DNA of 64,000 bases from an uncultured cyanobacterium (GCA_963718615.1 OY970368.1:4640001-4704000); one strand, 5' to 3'. Positions 19,308-28,971 are shown, counted from the first letter of the stretch. The notes: generated by a model from the letters alone, not told the origin. Translations and numbers: made by a program.

Positions 19308-19511
19308 ATGACCCCCATCAAACAACAACTCCTCAACGCCATCGACCAAGCCCCAGACGCCTTCTTAGAACAGCTCTTTCAATTCCTTCAAACCCTCTCC
19401 AGCGATCCCAAAAGCCGACCTCCCTTCGGCGCAATGAAAAACAGCGGCACCATTCTCGGCGACATCATCTCCCCCATCGTTCCCCCGAGTGATTGGGAAG
19501 TGCTTCAGTGA
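19308..19511 (+). CDS. DUF2281-like antitoxin
   Basis: RPPFGAMKNSGTILGDIISP...WEVL; overlaps the start of the PIN toxin. Confidence 0.7.
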   Translation: MTPIKQQLLNAIDQAPDAFLEQLFQFLQTLSSDPKSRPPFGAMKNSGTILGDIISPIVPPSDWEVLQ

Positions 19512-19897
19512 AACTCCTCCTCGACACCCACATCTGGCTCTGGTACCTCCTCGGCAATCCCCAGCTTTCCATCACGCTTCAAAACACCATTGCCTCACCC
19601 GAAACCGAACTCTAGCTGAGCCCCATCAGTCTCTGGGAAACCCTCGTGCTCGCCGAGAAAGGGCGGATTACCTTACAACCTGACCCTGAAGCATGGGTGG
19701 ATCAAGCACTGGCAATACTTCCGGCCCGAGAGGCGACTCTGAACCATGCGATCGCCCGCCTTAGCCGCCAGCTTGAGCTACCCCACCAAGATCCAGCGGA
19801 TCGCTTCCTAGCTGCGACCGCCATCCATTACGGCTTGACCCTGGCCACTGTAGACAGAACTCTGGTCAATGCTCCGGGCTTGCAAACCATCAGTTGA
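19508..19897 (+). pseudogene. vapC: VapC PIN-domain toxin with internal nonsense codon
   Basis: MKLLLDTHIWLW...EL*LSPISLWE...HQDPADRFLAATA; TAG at 19613-19615 where Trp is expected. Confidence 0.85.
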
Positions 19898-20017
19898 TCC
19901 TCAAAGCTAGAGAAAATGAGAGAAATTTGCCTGCGTGGGTTTCGTCCTCGGCCTCATCCTGCTCATCACCTGGCTGCGGCGCTAAACTACCCAGCACCTC
20001 ACAGTCCCTTAATCGAG

Positions 20018-22096
20018 TCACTCGCCTGATGGGCAAACGCAACCCAACGCAGCCCGAACAAAGGCCCATTTATCCGCAGCTTCCTCAATCACCTTCGCGG
20101 TCGGCTTACCCGCACCATGACCCGCCTTCGTTTCAATCCGAATCAGCACCGGATTATCACCCCCATGGGCTGCCTGGAGTGCAGCGGCGAATTTAAAGCT
20201 GTGGGCAGGAACCACGCGATCGTCATGGTCTGCGGTGGTAACCAACGTTGCAGGGTAAACCGTTCCTGGTTTAAGGTTATGCAGCGGCGAATAGGCATAG
20301 AGCGCCTCAAACTCCTCGGGATTGTCCGCCGAGCCATAGTCCGAGCACCAAGCCCAGCCAATGGTGAATTTGTGGAACCGCAGCATATCCATTACTCCCA
20401 CCGCAGGCAGCGCCGCTGCGAACAGCTCTGGTCGTTGGGTTATACAAGCTCCGACCAAAAGGCCCCCATTGCTGCCACCGGAAATGGCGAGTTTGCTGGG
20501 GCTGGTGTATTGATGCTCAACCAACCATTCCGCCGCACTGATGAAATCGTCAAAGACATTTTGCTTATGCAGTTTGGTTCCCGCCTGGTGCCAGACTTCG
20601 CCGTACTCACCGCCCCCCCGCAAATTGGGTATGGCGTAGACACCGCCCATTTCCATCCAAACCAAATTGGCAGGAGAAAAGGAAGGGGTTAACGACACAT
20701 TAAATCCCCCATAGCCATAGAGAATCGTTGGGTTTTGGCCCTTGCGCTCTAGCCCCTGCCGATAGGAGATAAACATCGGCACCTGGGTTCCATCCGAACT
20801 GGCATAGAAAACCTGCTCCGTGACGTAATGGGCTGGGTCAAAATCCACTTGGGGTTGACGAAATAATGAACTTTCACCCGTTACTAAGTTGTAGCGATAG
20901 ATCGTTGTCGGCGTGGTAAAGCTAGTGAAACTATAGAAGGTTTCCGTATCTTCTCGCTTCCCACCGAAACCGCCCACCGAGCCAATTCCCGGCAGCTCCA
21001 CCTCTCGCACAACGTCACCCGCGAGGGAAAACAGCTTGACTTGGCTGCGGGCATCCTTGAGGTAAGAGGTTACAAATTGATGATTGAGTAAGCTGACCCC
21101 CCGGAGGGTTTCTTCGGCTTCGGGGATAATTTCCTGCCATTGGGCGCGATCGCTCTCCTCCAAGTCGATCCCAATCACCCGACCCCGAGGCGCATGCAAA
21201 TCGGTCTTAAACCAAAATAAACTACCCTCGTTATCAATAAAATTAAACTGGGCCTCAAATTCAGAGATCAACTCGACAACGGTGCTCTCTGGCTGGGATA
21301 AATCCTTGTAAAACACTAAATTCTTACGCTCGGTCCCCTGCCAAACGGAGATGATTAAATAGCGTCCATCTTCCGTTACTTCACCGCTAAAGCCCCATTC
21401 TTTTTGGTCGGGGCGATCGTAAATCAGAATATCCTCTGCCTGATCGGTCCCCAGCTTATGATAATACAACTTCTGAAAATAATTAACATCCTCAAACTGC
21501 TTCTCCACTTGGGGCTCATCGTAGCGGGAGTAGAAAAACCCTTGACTATCCTTCGTCCAAGTGGCCCCGGAAAATTTGACCCAACGCACTTGGTCGGCGC
21601 GATCGGTTCCCGTATCGACCTCGCGAACTTTCCACTCCTGCCAATCCGAGCCCGAGTGCGACAGACCATAGGCCAGCAACCGGCCATCCTCACTCAGGGC
21701 TAGACCCGAGAGCGCCACGGTCCCGTCTTCGCTGAGGGTATTGGGGTCGAGCAGGACGCGGGCTTCTGCCTCTAGGCTGGGTTGGGTGTAGAGGACGCTT
21801 TGATTTTGCAGTCCATCGTTTTTGAAATAAAAATAGCGGGTGCCCTGGTCCGAGGTGCGCTTAAACGGAATGCCGTAGCGCTCGTAGTTCCAAACCTCCG
21901 TCAGCCGCTGCTGAATCCCAGGCCGCTCCGTTAAACCCTGCAAATAGCCAAACGTTACTTCGTTTTGAGCCGATACCCAGGCTTGGGTTTCATCACTGTT
22001 GGGATCTTCGAGCCAGCGGTAGGGATCGGCCACGGGCGTGCCGTGGTAGTCATCAACTTGGTCAACCGTACGAGTTTGGGGATATTGCAAAGCCAT
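20018..22096 (-). CDS. Prolyl oligopeptidase (S9A)
   Basis: DPYRWLED, GGSNGGLL, DHDDRV and AGHGAGK. Confidence 0.97.
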   Translation of the reverse strand: MALQYPQTRTVDQVDDYHGTPVADPYRWLEDPNSDETQAWVSAQNEVTFGYLQGLTERPGIQQRLTEVWNYERYGIPFKRTSDQGTRYFYFKNDGLQNQSVLYTQPSLEAEARVLLDPNTLSEDGTVALSGLALSEDGRLLAYGLSHSGSDWQEWKVREVDTGTDRADQVRWVKFSGATWTKDSQGFFYSRYDEPQVEKQFEDVNYFQKLYYHKLGTDQAEDILIYDRPDQKEWGFSGEVTEDGRYLIISVWQGTERKNLVFYKDLSQPESTVVELISEFEAQFNFIDNEGSLFWFKTDLHAPRGRVIGIDLEESDRAQWQEIIPEAEETLRGVSLLNHQFVTSYLKDARSQVKLFSLAGDVVREVELPGIGSVGGFGGKREDTETFYSFTSFTTPTTIYRYNLVTGESSLFRQPQVDFDPAHYVTEQVFYASSDGTQVPMFISYRQGLERKGQNPTILYGYGGFNVSLTPSFSPANLVWMEMGGVYAIPNLRGGGEYGEVWHQAGTKLHKQNVFDDFISAAEWLVEHQYTSPSKLAISGGSNGGLLVGACITQRPELFAAALPAVGVMDMLRFHKFTIGWAWCSDYGSADNPEEFEALYAYSPLHNLKPGTVYPATLVTTADHDDRVVPAHSFKFAAALQAAHGGDNPVLIRIETKAGHGAGKPTAKVIEEAADKWAFVRAALGCVCPSGE

Positions 22097-22354
22097 GGCG
22101 ATCGCAGCAAAGACAACGCAGTTTCTAGCCTAGCAGCCTCGCTGTCCGTAAACCGTTTTGCCCAACAATTAGGTCTTTTCTGTCTTCGCTTAAGTAATAC
22201 TCACTAGATCTTCAAGCAGAAAACAAGTCTTTTATACACAAATGGCGGATGGCGTCTTTAAGATTAAGGGTATTACTGGGTCACTTCGTTGGTTTGATTT
22301 TTTGTGATGACCAACGAAGAAAGTGGGGGCGTTACGGCATTTTGCTGAGTCGTT

Positions 22355-25300
22355 TTGAAAACGCAAGCAACTATCTCAGTCCTTGACAGCAGAGTTTTAT
22401 CTATGAGCAGTTCTCGTCAAACGTGGGGGCGTTCTTCTGGGGGAAGGCGACGCCCTGAAGCCGTTTTCACCCGCTCATTGGCTCCGGAGCTCGGCACCCA
22501 AGCGCCAATTCCCCGGATGATCTCCGACCAGCCTGTGGAGTCTCCGAAGCTTCAGCAACGGCGGTCGGTCCAGCGTAGCCAATCCTTATCCAAGACCCAG
22601 TCCGCTGATCTGGATAGTCTGAGTGCCGCGCTGGAGGCCTTGGAAAAAACGGAGTATCTAGAAGCCTTGCAGGTGTTTGATGCCCTGGATGCGATCGCCC
22701 AGCAGTGGGTAACGCCGCCTGCGGCGCAGGGGATTGCGGGGAATTCCCAGCCTGGATCCCCAAGCCCTTCTCCGACAGGGACAGCTTCTGCACCCAAGTT
22801 GGAGGATGTTTTCCAGGGGACGGAGTGGAAATCCCTGACGCTGATCGAGATTGCCGAAGAAATAGAAGCGGCTGCGGCGTTTGATGCCCTGGCGGTCTTA
22901 GCCAATGAGCCGGGGCCTCAGCCTAGGGTTCGGCCACCTGAAGTTCTGCCGACCGTTCAGCTTCAGACAGCGGAGGTGCCTGTGCCGGGGGGACGGGTGA
23001 TCGCCCAGCCGATTCCGACAAACGCTGCGATCGCCGCACCGCAACCCAGCCTCTCTGCACCGGTACCGCCCGTCGTGGACCCAGAGCCCAGCCTCTCTGC
23101 ACCGGCCCCGCCCGTCGTCGAGCCGGAGCCCGTCGTTTTCGCATCAGCACCGCCCGTCGCGGACCCAGAACCCAGCGTCTCTGCACCGGCACCCGTTCCA
23201 CCACCGCCAATGCCCTTGGCCCAGCCGGTGCAACCGCCCCATCCCGCAGCACTGTCTGAGCCCCCAACACAGATGCCGACGCTGATACCGGTCAGCCTCA
23301 ACGGCCTTCAGGGCACGGCAACGCTAACAGGCCGGGTAGACACCCACGCGGACATCCACAGCTATTCCTTCTCATTGGAGCAAACCAGCGATTTCAACCT
23401 CATTCTGGAGGGGCTTTCTGCCCATGCTGATGTGCAGCTTTTGGATGCGGATGGCAAGTTGCTGTACCAATCGAATGCAGGCAATCTGTCGGCAGAATTG
23501 ATCAATGCCACGCTACCAGCGGGGGATTATCAAGTCAACATTCAGGTGCCGTTGGACGGGAATGGTTCGGGCCCAACTGCCCGTACAACTGAGGGTGCGA
23601 CGGATTATAAACTGGTGCTTTCCGCCGTGCCGGATGGGTCGGGAACATCCAATAATCTGGAGGTCACAAGCGCAACTTACCTAGGCGGTCTCGGCAATGA
23701 CACCGCCAGTGCCATCGAGCTTTCGCCCCAGCGGGAATTGGTTGTCGCCGGTAACTTTAGCGCTGCGCCCAATACCGTTTCCCAGCGATTTTTGCTGGGG
23801 GCAGCGACGGAGAGCGCAGGCCAAATTGTACGCATGTCCCTCAGTGGTCAGGAGATCCTGTCGATTACCCATTTGGGCAACGAGATCAATGACATGGATG
23901 TTAATCGGGAAAATGGCACGATCGCGGCGGGCGGCGATTTTGGCATTACGCTGCTGAATGCGGCGGCGGATCAGGTGTTGTGGTCCCAGAAATTGGATGG
24001 GGAAGTGCGGCGGGTGGCGATCGCCAACGATGGCAAGGTCGTCACGCTCCACGACAAAACCGTCACGGTCTGGAGCGCCACAGGCACCCAGTTGGCCCAA
24101 ACGACCTTAAGCCGCAGCTTTGTGGAGGATATTGCAATTCATCCCACCACCGGAGCGATCTACGCCGTTGGGTTTGATAACAAATACAATAGCCTCGACC
24201 AAAACCCGGTTCAGGTGGCCTATATGACGGCCTTTGATAGTCAGTTGAACGTCAACTGGCAAACCTGGGGCTACGATGCCGACACCCTCACCCATGGCCA
24301 AAACGACATGGCCGATACACGGGGCTATCGGGTGACCATCGGTCGGGATGGTGAGTTGTATTTCCTGGGTGAAGTGGCTGGAGGCAACTCGGTGTTCCGC
24401 TGGAACGGCAAGGACCGCTCCACCAATACGCTGGTCAAATACGATGCCTACAATGACCCCTACAACTCCGCAAGCCCTCACCAGACCTACTATGCCCGAA
24501 TTGATCCCGCAACTGGAGAAGTGGTGCAGGGACAGTTGGCCATCGCTCGGCTCGCCAATGGTGCTGCCAATGCGGTGCGGGTGATTGATGGGTCGATCGC
24601 GGCGGATGAACAGGGCAATGTCTATATTGGGGGACGGTCTTTTGCTGGCATTGACGATCGCAATCTCCAGCAAGTGGGTGGGCAAACCGTTGGCGACTAT
24701 GCCAAGGGCGATCCCTTTGCTTTGGTGATTTCCAGCGACTTTAGGACTCGTCGCTCCTGGACACCCTTTACGGAAAACGGCGGCCAAGGGACGATTAGCG
24801 GGTTTGCCGTGGGTGAGGGTCGGGCGGCGGTGCTGGGTACGGTGGATCAGGGGTCGCTGATTACGAAGGCGGCGCTGAATGATCGGCCTTTTAATCCCGA
24901 TGATCCGAATACGAAGGATGTCTATCTGGCAACCTGGGGAACGGATACGGAAAGTGAGTTTGCGTCCTATCAGTATGGGACTACAGGCAATGATGTGCTG
25001 TCCGGGGGCAAAACTGAGGATGTGTTCTGGGGTGAGATGGGTCAGGATGTGATGAAGGGTGGCGGCGGTGCGGATGTCTTTGCCTATTTTAAGGGGGGAG
25101 ATGGGGGCGATCGCATCACCGATTTCAGTGCCGATGACCAGCTCAGTTTCTCGGCCCTTGGCTTTGGTGGGGGGTTGCAGGCGGGAGTGGAGTTGGTGAT
25201 AGGGCAGGCGGCTTCGACGGGGACGTTTGTCTTGGGCAGTCAACCGCTGGGCAGCAGCGCCAATTTTCTCTATTCCCAGGGCAAGCTCTGGTTTGATGGG

Positions 25301-25390
25301 GATGGAACGGGGCCTCAGGAGGCGATCGAGATTGCCTCGTTTGATGGGGCTCCAAGCTTAGAGGTGTCGCAGATTAAGATTGCGGCGTAG
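22355..25390 (+). CDS. Large protein: Pro-rich repeats, PPC domain, beta-propeller-like region, RTX-type Ca-binding tail
   Basis: 14-aa repeats PSLSAPxPPVVxPE; LEGLSAHADVQLLD (PPC); GTTGNDVLSGG/GGGGADVF nonapeptides. Confidence 0.75.
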   Translation: MKTQATISVLDSRVLSMSSSRQTWGRSSGGRRRPEAVFTRSLAPELGTQAPIPRMISDQPVESPKLQQRRSVQRSQSLSKTQSADLDSLSAALEALEKTEYLEALQVFDALDAIAQQWVTPPAAQGIAGNSQPGSPSPSPTGTASAPKLEDVFQGTEWKSLTLIEIAEEIEAAAAFDALAVLANEPGPQPRVRPPEVLPTVQLQTAEVPVPGGRVIAQPIPTNAAIAAPQPSLSAPVPPVVDPEPSLSAPAPPVVEPEPVVFASAPPVADPEPSVSAPAPVPPPPMPLAQPVQPPHPAALSEPPTQMPTLIPVSLNGLQGTATLTGRVDTHADIHSYSFSLEQTSDFNLILEGLSAHADVQLLDADGKLLYQSNAGNLSAELINATLPAGDYQVNIQVPLDGNGSGPTARTTEGATDYKLVLSAVPDGSGTSNNLEVTSATYLGGLGNDTASAIELSPQRELVVAGNFSAAPNTVSQRFLLGAATESAGQIVRMSLSGQEILSITHLGNEINDMDVNRENGTIAAGGDFGITLLNAAADQVLWSQKLDGEVRRVAIANDGKVVTLHDKTVTVWSATGTQLAQTTLSRSFVEDIAIHPTTGAIYAVGFDNKYNSLDQNPVQVAYMTAFDSQLNVNWQTWGYDADTLTHGQNDMADTRGYRVTIGRDGELYFLGEVAGGNSVFRWNGKDRSTNTLVKYDAYNDPYNSASPHQTYYARIDPATGEVVQGQLAIARLANGAANAVRVIDGSIAADEQGNVYIGGRSFAGIDDRNLQQVGGQTVGDYAKGDPFALVISSDFRTRRSWTPFTENGGQGTISGFAVGEGRAAVLGTVDQGSLITKAALNDRPFNPDDPNTKDVYLATWGTDTESEFASYQYGTTGNDVLSGGKTEDVFWGEMGQDVMKGGGGADVFAYFKGGDGGDRITDFSADDQLSFSALGFGGGLQAGVELVIGQAASTGTFVLGSQPLGSSANFLYSQGKLWFDGDGTGPQEAIEIASFDGAPSLEVSQIKIAA

Positions 25391-25431
25391 GGCTGGGTGA
25401 GTTGGGGGATGTGAGGCTGCTCAAGGATGGT

Positions 25432-25470
25432 CTAGGGATCGAGGGGGCTGCGCACGGCTCGGCCCTCTTG
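25432..25470 (-). pseudogene. intI: Extreme C-terminus scar of an integron integrase
   Basis: Minus strand reads QEGRAVRSPLDP*, matching the IntI terminus xVRSPLD; abuts the attI array. Confidence 0.6.
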
Positions 25471-25488
25471 AATGAAGCGTTTGTATGA

Positions 25489-25793
25489 TTCCGTCTAATT
25501 CTGGATTCAAGGGATTAGACGGAAATTCGTGCAAAGATTTTTGAAGGAAAACCCTTCTGGGTCGTCTTATTCAGAGAATTTACGGATATTATGTGGAAGA
25601 TGGTTCCGCCTAATCCCGAATGAAAGAGATTAGGCGGAACTGGGTTCGGCCTAATCTTCTGTTTTGGGGTGTTATGCAGAATTCGATTCTGTCTAATATC
25701 CGTTTTGGGGTGGATAGGCTGAACGGGTTCTGTATAACACCCCCTTTTTAGGGAATTAGGCAGAATTGATTCAGTCTAATTAGATTGTTAAAT
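25489..25793 (+). repeat. Putative attI region of integron 2 (periodic inverted-repeat array), copy A
   Basis: Alternating TTCnGyyTAAY and RTTArrCnGAA arms with a 41-42-bp period; ends GTCTAAT-TAGATT-GTTAAAT. Confidence 0.7.
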
Positions 25794-25877
25794 CGCAGCG
25801 GAAATATAAATTAGCGAGGAGGCTTGCCTGTAGATTTAATGTTAGCGCTTGGGAACACTACAAACAACTCCGCTACG

Positions 25878-25993
25878 AATTAACAAATCGCTGCAACCGA
25901 CGCAGTAGAGAAAGGATTGATGAGCCAGCCGCGCTATCAACATGCGTTGATAATAGCTAGATTTCTTGGCGCGGCTGAGCTAAATTGATAGCC
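25878..25993 (+). other. Degenerate attC site
   Basis: AATTAAC-AAATCGCTGCAACCGACGC ... GCGCGGCTGAGCTAAATT-GATAGCC. Confidence 0.65.
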
Positions 25994-26048
25994 TGCTTGA
26001 TTTTTTGGAAAAGTAAACTAGCCAGCCTTTGTATTTGTGAGTGAGCAT

Positions 26049-26258
26049 ATGACTTGGGAATATTTAACCGTCCGAGCCACAGTAATTAGCAATGCTCAAA
26101 TCTCTGGAGTCTTTATAAATAATGAGCAAGTTAAAGCTTGGGATAAGAGGCAGTTACACGAACTTCTGAATGATTTGGGCAGTCAAGGTTGGGAATTTGT
26201 GTTTGTACAGAAGGTACCGAGTGAAGTTTATATTTTTAAGAGATCGATTGCTTCGTAA
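26049..26258 (+). CDS. DUF4177-like small cassette protein
   Basis: MTWEY...LLNDLGSQGWEFV...YIFKR signature. Confidence 0.75.
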   Translation: MTWEYLTVRATVISNAQISGVFINNEQVKAWDKRQLHELLNDLGSQGWEFVFVQKVPSEVYIFKRSIAS

Positions 26259-26553
26259 CTCTATCGCTAGCAGTCTGTGCTGTTAGTCCTTACGGACTTC
26301 ACTTGAGTTTTAGTTTCGTTCTAAGCCCTCAATTTTTCTGTTATGAATTAGTTTCTTGGGGTTATCGACTAGGGTACAAAAGTGTCTACATTCAGTGCTG
26401 GTGTAGTTTAACGATCTGCTGCCCTGGACAGTGCGATCGCCAATCTTGTATGGTGCGTTCCCAAGACAACTCCTACCTGCTCCACTATTAATTTCTGGGA
26501 ACGTACCAGGATTAGTCCTTGAGCAAGCGATCGCAGTCTAATCGGGATAGAAA

Positions 26554-26775
26554 GTGCGATTCGTTGCAGAAGAATAACGGTGCAAGCCCGTCAATAACTC
26601 TGCCAGCTTGTCTTCCAAACATGAAGCACTCTCAAAAGCTGAACTTTCCTCTTGATGAGGGTGACAGTCCCTTCCATCAAACTCGGATGTGACTCCTGAT
26701 CTGCCCACGATGACCCGACTCGGGATTTGGGAGATCGAAGCTGGGAGCAGGGCGCAATCAAACACTCATTGCAAG
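26554..26775 (+). mobile_element. Group II intron 5' (domain I) fragment, copy 2 (may extend to ~26900)
   Basis: GTGCGATTCGTT start, GGTGCAAGCCC and GAGGGTGACAGTCCC; repeat of 16235-16456. Confidence 0.55.
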
Positions 26776-27050
26776 TGAACTGGCGCGAATAGGGAGTTTC
26801 CACGGTAAAACAGAGCCTAGAACAGCAACCTACCCAAAAGCAGCCGCAATCCAAAAACCTGGCTTCCGACCGATTCCTTCTCGCGTAGGGTGCTGGCACG
26901 GTCCTCTAAAAGAGTGATCAACGAAATCTCGTAGCTAAAATCCACGCATTCGCTGGATTTCAGAGAGCATCACTCCCAAGCAGGACAGTGCCCTATTTTA
27001 CTGCACTGCTGGTTTATCTTCAGATTTCAGCACTAGATCGTTCACACTAT

Positions 27051-27343
27051 TCCAGATACAAGGGATTAGACGAAAATCCGTGCAAAGATTCTTGAAGGAA
27101 AAACCTTCTGGGTCGTCTTATCCAGGGAATTATGGATATTATACGGAAGATGGTTCCGCCTAATCCCCTCCATTCGGGATTAGGCGGAATTGGGTTCAGC
27201 CTAATCTTCTGTTTTGGGGTGTTATGCAGAATTCAATTCCATCTAATATCCGTTGTGGGGTGAATAGGCCGAACAGGTTCTGTATAACGCCCTCTTTTTA
27301 AGGGATTAGGCTGAATTGATTCAGTCTAGTCAGATTGTTAGAC
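27051..27343 (+). repeat. Putative attI region of integron 2, copy B
   Basis: Colinear diverged copy of 25500-25793; ends GTCTAGT-CAGATT-GTTAGAC. Confidence 0.75.
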
Positions 27344-27430
27344 TGCTCTAGATCTCGGTAGGGACGTTCACTGACGCTATCTGTTGAAGCATTATTCTAA
27401 GGTTCAGAAAATATAGGGGTTTTCAGCTTT

Positions 27431-28852
27431 ATGAGACTGAAGTATTGTTTAATTGCATCTATAGTTATCATTTCTACACTGATTTTCTCCGGACTTACTC
27501 AAATACCTCTTAGTGCCTCTGTAACATTCCTTCAAACGCACGACCAACTAATTGCTCAGTCAGAGAATCTCCAAGCTAACCCTGGAGATAAAATAATATT
27601 TGGATATATTGAAGATGCTCCTCCTGTAAGTATCAAAAGTGGAGCCATTGTAAGTGGATATTGTAATCAGTTGGCGACGTATCTTGGACAACAAGGACTG
27701 CAATTAGAATTGGTTCCAATGCAATTCTCGCAGCGATTCCGAGCCTTTGAAACAATTAGGGATTCAGTCATACAAGAAAAGCAACCAGCAATTGAATGTG
27801 GCCCTAGTACAAAGACTATACAGAGAGAGAAAGACCTTGAGAAGCTCAATGAAGAGAAAGATGTTACCAGCAGATTTTCAAATATCTTTTTCACAACAAG
27901 TGCTAAGCTTCTTATTCAAAAATCAAAGCTTCGTGACCTAAATGAACATCCAGAGAATCTGAAGATAGGAGTACTTGGCAGTACTACTACTCAAGTTATT
28001 GGACAAATTTATCCAACCTCTAACATTAGAAGTGTTGAAGATAGAACGGATGCCATTGGTCAATTAGTACAAGGGGGACAAAATGGTGGAATTGACGCTT
28101 ATGCAAGTGATGAAATTCTTTTAATGGGAATTAGAAATGATAATGAATTCACAAAAAGGAAAGAATTTGTTATAGAGCCTAAGCTCTATGGGTTCACTCG
28201 TGAAGAGTATGGAGTTGTAATTTATAACGATGATAGTTTACGAGATAAGATAAACGATTGGATTAATGGGGATGGACAAAACGCAAAGCGTGATCTAGAG
28301 AGGCAGGTATTTATATCTTCTATGTTGAGAGGATTTGTCTCAAGTGATTATTTTTACCTGGTATTACTTGGCATCCTAGCTGCTTTCGCACTTTTGCTCA
28401 TCAGCCATCCCTGGTTTACTTTTCTGATTCTTAAATTGATACCTGTAAAATTAGCTAACAGATTTTTAGATTGGCTTAAAGCTAGAAGAAGGCAAAAGGG
28501 CAAGAATGATCTAATAGTAGTTTTCACAAATAAGCTCCTCAATAATGAGGTGTTTACTGTAGTTGCTCACAACGCAAACGATAAGTTTAATATTGGATTT
28601 ATTGATAGTGATGCTGCAATTAAATTGGTTGAAGAGGTAGGTATTCAGCCGCTTCTTCGGAGGTATCGAGAAGATGGATTGCCACAGGAAAAGGCTGAAG
28701 AGAAGGTTGTTGAGGTGATAAAAGTAAGCGCAGAAAATAACCATCAAATCTATAAGATGCTGCAAACTTGGGTAGATGCGGCTGGCACAACTGCTGCTAA
28801 TGAAATAGCTACTAAGATCATTGAGCGTGTTCTTGGTCAAGCCGGTAATTGA
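27431..28852 (+). CDS. Cassette gene: amino-acid-type substrate-binding domain, TM segment and C-terminal domain
   Basis: Signal-like N-terminus, DAPPVS, GYCNQL, GVLGSTT, DAYASDEILL, TREEYG, and a hydrophobic segment near aa 308-335; low GC. Confidence 0.75.
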   Translation: MRLKYCLIASIVIISTLIFSGLTQIPLSASVTFLQTHDQLIAQSENLQANPGDKIIFGYIEDAPPVSIKSGAIVSGYCNQLATYLGQQGLQLELVPMQFSQRFRAFETIRDSVIQEKQPAIECGPSTKTIQREKDLEKLNEEKDVTSRFSNIFFTTSAKLLIQKSKLRDLNEHPENLKIGVLGSTTTQVIGQIYPTSNIRSVEDRTDAIGQLVQGGQNGGIDAYASDEILLMGIRNDNEFTKRKEFVIEPKLYGFTREEYGVVIYNDDSLRDKINDWINGDGQNAKRDLERQVFISSMLRGFVSSDYFYLVLLGILAAFALLLISHPWFTFLILKLIPVKLANRFLDWLKARRRQKGKNDLIVVFTNKLLNNEVFTVVAHNANDKFNIGFIDSDAAIKLVEEVGIQPLLRRYREDGLPQEKAEEKVVEVIKVSAENNHQIYKMLQTWVDAAGTTAANEIATKIIERVLGQAGN

Positions 28853-28885
28853 CCGCAAAGTTTGTGCATTAACTAGTGCCGAACA

Positions 28886-28971
28886 GTCTAACAACCCGGT
28901 TGGAGCGGACTGAACAGAGATCTTGGCGGGGAAGCAAAGGTTCTGGCAGCCGCTCAACCGGAACGTTGGAC
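28886..28971 (+). other. attC integron recombination site (canonical)
   Basis: R'' GTCTAAC; L'' CCGGTTGGAGCGGAC pairs with L' GCCGCTCAACCGG with a bulged base; R' GTTGGAC. R'' complements the cassette start GTTAGAC at 27337. Confidence 0.9.

Noticed and set aside
18531-19615. Amber recoding or programmed read-through (in-frame TAGs in NLR, vapC, intI remnant)
   Set aside because: All are single transitions from TGG or CAG in decaying genes, and many intact genes here use TAG as the stop.
25489-25793. CRISPR array
   Set aside because: Units are alternating inverted 11-bp arms with 5- and 15-bp spacers, not identical direct repeats with unique ~35-bp spacers; no cas genes.
26262-26290. attC after the DUF4177 gene
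   Set aside because: CGCTAGC...GTTAGTC is too short and lacks L boxes; at best a collapsed remnant.
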